Shown here one piece after another: positions 26,826-32,000 of a stretch of DNA of 32,000 bases. The stretch's first letter is position 1. Each line of letters begins with the position of its first letter. Source of the stretch: Xanthomonas campestris pv. campestris str. ATCC 33913 (GTDB taxonomy: Bacteria; Pseudomonadota; Gammaproteobacteria; Xanthomonadales; Xanthomonadaceae); contig NC_003902.1 in assembly GCF_000007145.1 (NCBI RefSeq), forward strand, positions 1,177,436-1,209,435, written 5' to 3'. The translations under genes were made by a program, and so were the position numbers. The notes beneath the pieces were generated by a model that saw only the letters and a list, made by a program, of their open reading frames with translations, was not told where the DNA came from and made no database searches.

Positions 26826-27330
26826 GTAGGAGCCCTTGGGCGCGATGGCTTTCCCGGTAACGCCCATCGCGCCCAAGGGCGCTCCTACGAGATTAGGGCT
26901 GCCGGTGTCGCTGATGGGAGACGTGCTGCCCATCCAGTCATCCGCCACGGCCAAAGCAAACTGTTTCTCCCAGCGCCGCATGCATCTACAGAGGCAGCGA
27001 CCGCTTTTGTAGGAGCGCGCTTGGGCGCGATGGGCTTTCCCGGTAACGCCTATCGCGCCCAAGGGCGCTCCTACGAGATTAGGGCTGCTTGTGTGGCCGA
27101 TGGAAGAAGCCTCGCCCATCCAGTCATCCGCCACGGCCAAAGCAAAAACTGTTTCTTCCAGCGCCGCACGCATCTGCAGACGCAGCCGCGGCTTTTGTAG
27201 GAGCGCCCTTGGGCGCGATGGGCTTTCCCGGTAACGCCCATCGCGCCCAAGGGCGCTCCTACGAATGATGGTCGCCTGTGTGGTCGATGCAAGAAGCGCT
27301 GCCCATCGTGTTAGCCACGCCGGGCCACAA
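26826..27330. repeat. Higher-order tandem array of three family-2 REPINs (period 183 and 188 bp), plus a partial fourth spacer
   Basis: The REPINs lie at 26826-26888, 27009-27074 and 27197-27262, with consensus GTAGGAGCGCCCTTGGGCGCGATGGGCTTTCCCGGTAACGCCCATCGCGCCCAAGGGCGCTCCTAC. The ~120-bp spacers are conserved (GAGATTAGGGCTGC..GTGT.GC.GATGG.A.A....GCCCATCCAGTCATCCGCCACGGCCAAAGCAAA). The array begins 22 bp after the pbpC stop. Confidence 0.92.
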
Positions 27331-27345
27331 GTTCATCGATGCGGG

Positions 27346-27375
27346 AAAAAAAACAGGGCGCCATAGGCGCCCTGT
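27346..27375 (-). terminator. Rho-independent terminator of the prx-bfr unit
   Basis: On the minus strand: ACAGGGCGCC-TAT-GGCGCCCTGT followed by T8. On the plus strand, the A-run is at 27346-27353 and the stems at 27353-27362 and 27366-27375. It lies ~57 bp downstream of the bfr-like stop. Confidence 0.85.
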
Positions 27376-27431
27376 TGTCTCTGCATCACGTGAAGCACGC
27401 TATCGGCGCATCAGCTCCGATACGCCAAAAC

Positions 27432-27992
27432 TCACTCGCCAATCCAGCCTTCCAGCATGTCGGCGAACTCGTCGGCGTGCTCTTCTTCCTGGGCCAGGAT
27501 GCTTTCCAGGATGCGCTTGGTGGTGGTGTCCTTGTCGCCGATGAAGTCGATCATCTCGCGGTAGCTGTCGATGGCGATGCGCTCGGCAATCAGGTTCTCG
27601 CGCACCATGTCGCGCAGGTCGGTGCCCTCCTTATATTCCGCGTGCGAGCGCTTGGTCAGCGTGTCCGGATTGAGGTCCGGTTCGCCGCCAAGCTGCACGA
27701 TGCGTTCGGCAAGCTTGTGCGCGTGCGCCTGTTCCTGCTGCGCGTGCTCCAGGAACTCGCCTTTCACCGCGTCGGCAAGCATGCCCTTGGCCATGAAGTA
27801 GTGGCGGTAGTAGCGCAGCGTGCACACGTATTCGGTGGCAAGCGCGGTGTTGAGCAGTTCGATCACCTTCTCGCGATCGGCGTGGTAGCTCTCGGTGATG
27901 GCACCGTCTTCGATGCTCTGGCGTGCGCGGGCGCGCAGGGTGGCGGTATCGGTAAGACCGGTGGCGGGGGTGTTGGCTGGCTGTGTAGACAT
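27432..27992 (-). CDS. Bacterioferritin/ferritin-like family protein
   Basis: A 186-aa ORF with ferritin-like four-helix di-iron ligand patterns (LATEYVCTLRYYRHY, EFLEHAQQEQAHAHKL, ERIAIDSY, ILAQEEEHADE). Which subfamily it belongs to (Bfr or another ferritin-like group) cannot be resolved by eye. Confidence 0.8.
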   Translation of the reverse strand: MSTQPANTPATGLTDTATLRARARQSIEDGAITESYHADREKVIELLNTALATEYVCTLRYYRHYFMAKGMLADAVKGEFLEHAQQEQAHAHKLAERIVQLGGEPDLNPDTLTKRSHAEYKEGTDLRDMVRENLIAERIAIDSYREMIDFIGDKDTTTKRILESILAQEEEHADEFADMLEGWIGE

Positions 27993-28034
27993 GGCTGGCC
28001 GGGTTCCTTCTGTGTGGACGGGGGAATCAATGCA

Positions 28035-28517
28035 TCAATCGGGGAGATGCTGCAGCACGTAGTCAGCGGCAGACACCTTGAACTCGCCGGGCTCTTCGAC
28101 GAACAACGCCTTCACCACGCCATCGTCGGCATACAGCGCATAGCGGCGCGAGCGCAGGCCCATGCCCGAGCCGCTGGCGTCGATCTCCAGCCCCAGTGCA
28201 CGGGCCAGTTCGGCGTTTCCATCCGGCACCAGGTGCAGGCCGTCGGGCACCAGCTGGCTGCGGCCCCAGGCCTGCATCACGAAGGGGTCGTTCACCGCGG
28301 TGCACAGCACCTCGATGCCGCGTTTGCGGAACGCTTCAAACTGCTCCACGTAGCCGGGCAGGTGCTTGGCCGAGCAGGTCGGCGTAAAGGCGCCCGGTAC
28401 CGCGAACAGCACCACCTTGCGCCCGGTGAACAACGTATGGGTGTCGACCGCTTCGATGCCCTCGCGCAGGTGCTTGAGCACCACCTCGGGAATACGGTCA
28501 CCAACTTGGATGGTCAT
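28035..28517 (-). CDS. Peroxiredoxin, Prx5-like subfamily
   Basis: A 160-aa ORF with the peroxidatic-Cys motif VPGAFTPTCS. It lies 42 bp upstream of, and co-oriented with, the ferritin-like gene. Confidence 0.9.
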   Translation of the reverse strand: MTIQVGDRIPEVVLKHLREGIEAVDTHTLFTGRKVVLFAVPGAFTPTCSAKHLPGYVEQFEAFRKRGIEVLCTAVNDPFVMQAWGRSQLVPDGLHLVPDGNAELARALGLEIDASGSGMGLRSRRYALYADDGVVKALFVEEPGEFKVSAADYVLQHLPD

Positions 28518-28579
28518 GGGTGGGGCTCCTGTGGCTGAACAAAGTCTAGAAAGGCGAAGGGGAAAAGCGCGTCAACGCG

Positions 28580-28607
28580 CTTGAAATCCGCACGCGCACG
28601 CCTATCT
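28580..28607 (+). promoter_or_regulatory. Candidate sigma-32 (heat-shock) promoter for hsp20
   Basis: CTTGAAA (28580-28586), then 13-14 nt, then CCTATCT (28601-28607), compared with the consensus CTTGAAA-N13-15-CCCCATnT. It is ~70 nt upstream of the small-HSP start. A palindrome, GCGCGT-CA-ACGCGC (28567-28580), abuts the -35 element. Confidence 0.55.
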
Positions 28608-28677
28608 GACGCGCATGGCCGGTTGCACCGGTGAGCACCGGCGCGGCCCGCCCGTCACTCAACCATTGGAGGCTTTC

Positions 28678-29154
28678 ATGAACATCGTCCGTTACCCACA
28701 GTGGCCCACCCACGCCCTGCAGAACGAGATCAAGCAAGTGTTCGACCGCTTCTTCGAGCAAAGCGGCGATACCGACGAGTCGGCCGTTGTCACCGCGCAG
28801 TGGGTCCCGCGCGTGGACATCAAGGAAGAAGCCAACCAGTTCGTGCTGTATGCCGACCTGCCGGGCATCGACCCCAGCCAGATCGAGGTGCAGATGGACA
28901 AGGGCATCCTGTCGATCAAGGGCGAGCGCAAGAGCGAGTCCAGCAGCGAGACCGAGCGCTTCTCGCGCATCGAGCGCCGTTACGGCAGCTTCCACCGCCG
29001 CTTCGCATTGCCCGACAGTGCCGATGCCGACGGCATCACCGCCGACGGCCGTAACGGGGTGCTGGAAATCCGCATTCCCAAGCGCCCGGCGGCCACGCCG
29101 CGCCGCATCCAGGTCGGTGGCGGCCAGGACGGCGGTGGTACCACGGTGCAGTAA
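28678..29154 (+). CDS. Small heat-shock protein (Hsp20/alpha-crystallin family, IbpA-like)
   Basis: This is track ORF 28615..29154, with the start moved to ATG 28678, which is preceded by GGAGG (28668-28672). The alpha-crystallin domain is present: VDIKEEANQFVLYADLPGI...GVLEIRIPK. Confidence 0.9.
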   Translation: MNIVRYPQWPTHALQNEIKQVFDRFFEQSGDTDESAVVTAQWVPRVDIKEEANQFVLYADLPGIDPSQIEVQMDKGILSIKGERKSESSSETERFSRIERRYGSFHRRFALPDSADADGITADGRNGVLEIRIPKRPAATPRRIQVGGGQDGGGTTVQ

Positions 29155-29255
29155 GCGCTGCGGACCTGGAGCGGAGCCCGCGCGGCTTCGCTCCCCGGCG
29201 ACGGCCGCGCCGTAGAATAGGCGCGGTCGCCCGCCCGGCTGCGAATGACTGGCTC

Positions 29256-29284
29256 GTGGCCTCGGCTGCGGGCCGCTCTTTTTT
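29256..29284 (+). terminator. Possible rho-independent terminator between hsp20 and cbpA
   Basis: GTGGCC-TCGGCTGCG-GGCCGC (a 6-bp stem including one G-U pair), followed by TC and T6 (29279-29284). The stem is short. Confidence 0.35.
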
Positions 29285-29296
29285 CAGAGGTGATGG

Positions 29297-30187
29297 ATGG
29301 AATTCAAGGATTACTACGCGACGCTGGGCGTCGAACCGAGCGCTGGCGAGGCGGAAATCAAGACCGCCTACCGCCGGCTTGCGCGCAAATATCACCCCGA
29401 TGTCAGCAAGGAGGCTGGCGCGGAAGACAAGTTCAAGGCGATCAACGAAGCCTACGAGGCACTGCGCGACCCGCAAAAGCGCGCCGCCTACGACCAACTC
29501 AAGGCGCAGGGCTACCGCCCGGGCGACGAGTTCCAGACCCCGCCCAACTTCAACGGCGGGCAGGGCTTCGACTATGAGGAAGTGTTCGGCAACGGCGGCG
29601 CCGGCGGCGGCTTCAGCGATTTCTTCGAAAGCCTGTTTGCCGGCCAGCGCGGCGGCCGCCCACGCGGCCCGGGCGCCGGTGCCGGCCCGGGCGCACAGAC
29701 CCGCGGCGACACCCGCGCCAAGTTGGCGGTGCCGCTGGAAGCGGTGTATTCCGGCGACAGCGTGCGCATCACCATTACCGGCAAGCAGCTGGACGTGCGC
29801 GTGCCCAAGGGCATCCAGCCCGGCCAGGTGATCCGCCTGAGCGGGCAGGGCAACGGCGGCGGCAACCTGCTGCTGGAAATTGAACACGCCGCGCACCCGC
29901 AGTTCGAAGTGGATGGGCGCAACATCCTGTACACGCTGCAGGTGATGCCGTGGCAGGCCGCGCTGGGCACCACCATCAGCGTGCCTACGCTGGGCGGTGC
30001 GGTGGAGCTGAAGGTGCCGGCCGATTCCGAGGCTGGGCGCAAGTTGCGCCTGCGCGGCCGCGGCTTGCCGGGCGCCACCCCGGGCGACCAGATCGTGGAG
30101 CTGGAAATCCTGGCCCCGGCGCCCACCGACGAGGCGCAGAAGAAGGCGTATCGGACGCTGGCCAAGGCCTTCGGCGAATCGATCTGA
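29297..30187 (+). CDS. cbpA: Curved-DNA-binding protein CbpA (DnaJ class II co-chaperone without a zinc finger)
   Basis: A 296-aa ORF with a J-domain (DYYATLGV...YHPDV...AYEAL), a G/F-rich linker, no CxxCxGxG repeats, and DnaJ C-terminal domains. Confidence 0.88.
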   Translation: MEFKDYYATLGVEPSAGEAEIKTAYRRLARKYHPDVSKEAGAEDKFKAINEAYEALRDPQKRAAYDQLKAQGYRPGDEFQTPPNFNGGQGFDYEEVFGNGGAGGGFSDFFESLFAGQRGGRPRGPGAGAGPGAQTRGDTRAKLAVPLEAVYSGDSVRITITGKQLDVRVPKGIQPGQVIRLSGQGNGGGNLLLEIEHAAHPQFEVDGRNILYTLQVMPWQAALGTTISVPTLGGAVELKVPADSEAGRKLRLRGRGLPGATPGDQIVELEILAPAPTDEAQKKAYRTLAKAFGESI

Positions 30188-30503
30188 CGCAGTGGGTGTT
30201 GTGATGAAGCGCGTGCTGATGTGTCAGCGCGCGCTGCATTGCCCGGCTGCAGGGCCGGTGGTGCGGGTTGCCGGCGTGGTGTTTTGAATGGCCGCGAATC
30301 GCGTCGCGATCGCTGCCCGGCATGGCGTTGGCCGGTCGATGGCCCGAAGCGCTGCGTTCTTCGCTATCGCCTCGACAGGGCTATGTGCTTCGGGCCGCCA
30401 ACGCCCATCGCACCCAGGCTCTCCGGGTCCCCGCAAACGCCACGACCAGCTACCGAAAGCGCGGCCGGCGCACTACACTCGCCGCGCACACTAGGGGAAA
30501 CAC

Positions 30504-30890
30504 ATGGCACGTATTCTGATTGTCGACGACTCGCCGTCGCAGCTGCTGGGGATTCAGCGCATCGTCGAGAAGTTGGGGCACGAAACCATCACTGCCACCG
30601 ACGGCGCCGCCGGCGTGGAAGCGGCCAAGTCGGCACTGCCGGACCTGGTGCTGATGGACGTGGTCATGCCCAACCTCAACGGGTTCCAGGCCACCCGCAC
30701 GCTCAAGCGCGAGCCCACCACCCAGCACATCCCGGTGATCCTGGTGACCACCAAGGACCAGGACACCGACCGCATGTGGGGCATGCGCCAGGGCGCCCGC
30801 GCCTACATCACCAAGCCGTTCTCCGAAGACGAGCTGCTGGAAGTGATGGAGCGGGTGTTCAACCAGAAAGACGAGCCGCCGGCGGCGTGA
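30504..30890 (+). CDS. Single-domain CheY-like response regulator, PilH-like
   Basis: A 128-aa receiver domain: MARILIVDDSP, the phospho-acceptor context LVLMDVVMP, and VTTKDQDTDRMWGMRQGARAYITKP. From memory it is very similar in pattern to Pseudomonas PilH, but no pilG/pilI/pilJ genes are adjacent, so no symbol is assigned. Confidence 0.88.
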   Translation: MARILIVDDSPSQLLGIQRIVEKLGHETITATDGAAGVEAAKSALPDLVLMDVVMPNLNGFQATRTLKREPTTQHIPVILVTTKDQDTDRMWGMRQGARAYITKPFSEDELLEVMERVFNQKDEPPAA

Positions 30891-31330
30891 TCGCGCCGGC
30901 AGTGCGCCAGCCTTTCTTGCTTGGGCGCACGGGAGATAGGCGCTTTTAGGGTCCAGGCACGCGATACGCCATCCTTCGGAAGTGAGTTGCTGGACGTGAC
31001 CCGATAGATGGTCGATCAGTAAAGACGAGCTGCTGGCTGCGTGACCGCACCCGGCAGTGCGCCCGGACTTCTTGAAGCATGCGCACGCGCGATAGGTGGG
31101 CGGCAGTCCGGGCATGTCATAAGCCGTCCTCCGGGAGACGAGCTACTGGAAGTGACCGGACAGCTCGCCCAATCAGACTGACAAGCCGCTGGCGTGCGAT
31201 CGCACCGGCAGTGCGGCAGCCCTTCCTTGAATTAGCGCATGCGCGGTGTCTGCTCGGCGAATCGGAGCACGTTAAAAACCGTGCCTGGACGAGCTGCTGG
31301 AAGTGACGGATAGACAGCCAACCAGAATGC
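30828..31330. repeat. Degenerate tandem repeat (~151-156 bp, about 3.3 copies) whose first unit is the 3' end of the response-regulator gene
   Basis: GACGAGCTGCTGGAAGTGA lies at 30828 (coding DELLEV), a diverged AGTGAGTTGCTGGACGTGA at 30981, GACGAGCTACTGGAAGTGA at 31137 and an exact GACGAGCTGCTGGAAGTGA at 31288. A second landmark, AAAGACGAGC.GC.GGC.GCGTGA.CGC.CCGGCAGTGCGCC, lies at 30868 and 31021, with a diverged copy at ~31180. Confidence 0.85.
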
Positions 31331-31861
31331 CCCCCAGCGTCGGGTGGTGTGATTGCATTAGCAGGGCGCGAGCCTGTCAGTGGTCGAGGGCCGGCGGGCA
31401 GGGTGGCGCTGGCACAGCTCAGATGCCCGGCAGAAGGTCCAGGTCCTCTGACCACGGGAGTCATCCCGCCAACCCAGCATCAGCATCAGCACGCCTCTCG
31501 TCCTGCCTGCCCGCTGTGGGTGCTCGGCGCGATGGTGGGTGGCCGCCTGCCAAGACCGGCTTTCCAGGTCTGTCCCGTACGCTCGCCGCCCATCAAGGCC
31601 AACCCGCCTATCGGGTGCACCTGGCGCCCTGTGGCCTTCCTCATCCACGTTCCAGACCAGGCCTAACCCTCGCTTCCCGCCTTCCCGGCCTCCGCCCGGC
31701 CCCGGCAACCACCCACCCCCAATCCGCCGCCGGCTAAACCACGCCGCACCAATCTGGCCCTTTCAAAACGGCCGGTCTGCCCCATCTAGTAGAATCATCG
31801 AAATCACAACACGGCGGCACTGCGGGACTGGCCCGCACAGCCCCCTGATCATGGAGCGTGC

Positions 31862-32000
31862 ATGGCCTGGAACACACCCGGCAACAAGGGCGGAGACGGC
31901 CCGGATCCCAACCGTCGCAGGTCCTGGGGGCCGCGCGGGGGCGGCAACGGTGGTGGCTGGGGCAATCTGCCCGCCCCGTTGAAAGAGCTGTTCGATGGCG
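31862..32000 (+). CDS. hflK: HflK (FtsH protease modulator), N-terminal fragment running off the right edge
   Basis: My own translation from ATG 31862 gives MAWNTPGNKGGDGPDPNRRRSWGPRGGGNGGGWGNLPAPLKELFDG. The MAWNxPG start followed by a Gly-rich tract is characteristic of HflK. It is not in the ORF track because no stop lies in the window. Confidence 0.7.
   Translation, partial: MAWNTPGNKGGDGPDPNRRRSWGPRGGGNGGGWGNLPAPLKELFDG

Noticed and set aside
30204-30287. A 27-codon ORF (MKRVLMCQRALHCPAAGPVVRVAGVVF) just after cbpA, considered as a remnant of cbpM or a small protein.
   Set aside because: It is far shorter than CbpM (~100 aa), shows no similarity I can recognise and has no evident Shine-Dalgarno sequence. 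The sequence overlaps a GC hairpin (about 30212-30238), which more likely belongs to the cbpA 3' end.
31762-31795. TTCAAA ... TAGAAT, considered as a sigma-70 promoter for hflK.
   Set aside because: The spacing between the hexamers is 22 nt. The alternative -10 element, TCTAGT at 17-nt spacing, is weak. This is not enough to call a promoter.
31303-31982. Track ORFs 31303..31737 (144 aa) and 31539..31982 (147 aa), considered as genes filling the gap before hflK.
   Set aside because: Their Pro/Arg/Ser/Gly-rich composition shows no motifs. The first starts inside the tandem-repeat copy. The second overlaps the hflK start out of frame.

Overview
The window is a visibly GC-rich chromosomal segment (GC not computed). 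It is probably from a Xanthomonas-like gammaproteobacterium. That is an inference from the gene content, the abundance of TonB-dependent receptors and the GTAGGAGCGCGCTTGCGCGCGAT-type REP repeats.

Gene order, left to right:
- prpR (minus strand, truncated at the left edge), divergent from a sigma-54-driven methylcitrate operon prpB-prpC-acnD-[parD/parE-like toxin-antitoxin pair]-prpF.
- A TonB-dependent receptor followed by a secreted nucleoside-hydrolase-like protein.
- An ~890 bp repeat-filled spacer.
- A 1645-aa thioester-containing bacterial alpha-2-macroglobulin.
- A REP-associated tyrosine transposase (RAYT, minus strand) embedded in REPIN repeats.
- A second TonB-dependent receptor with a microsatellite-encoded N-terminal linker, then a secreted GDPD-family phosphodiesterase and a CPBP intramembrane protease.
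- pbpC, followed by a second REPIN array.
- Peroxiredoxin and a bacterioferritin-like gene (minus strand), divergent from hsp20 and cbpA.
- A PilH-like single-domain response regulator, followed by degenerate tandem copies of its own 3' end.
- The start of hflK at the right edge.

No rRNA, tRNA or CRISPR array was seen. I do not see a convincing new multi-gene system such as a defence island. The features least explained by standard annotation are non-coding or architectural:
1. Two REPIN families whose hairpin cores differ by a compensatory base-pair swap. Each is organised in higher-order tandem arrays of 165 bp and ~185 bp.
2. A ~430 bp imperfect palindrome plus 143 bp tandem units upstream of the macroglobulin gene.
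3. A ~150 bp tandem repeat seeded inside the 3' end of the response-regulator gene.
4. A ParDE-like module wedged between the functionally coupled acnD and prpF.
5. ~6.6 kb of unrelated genes separating the normally adjacent alpha-2-macroglobulin and pbpC.

Many long ORFs in the supplied track are antisense or out-of-frame artefacts of high GC. Several track start codons were moved.
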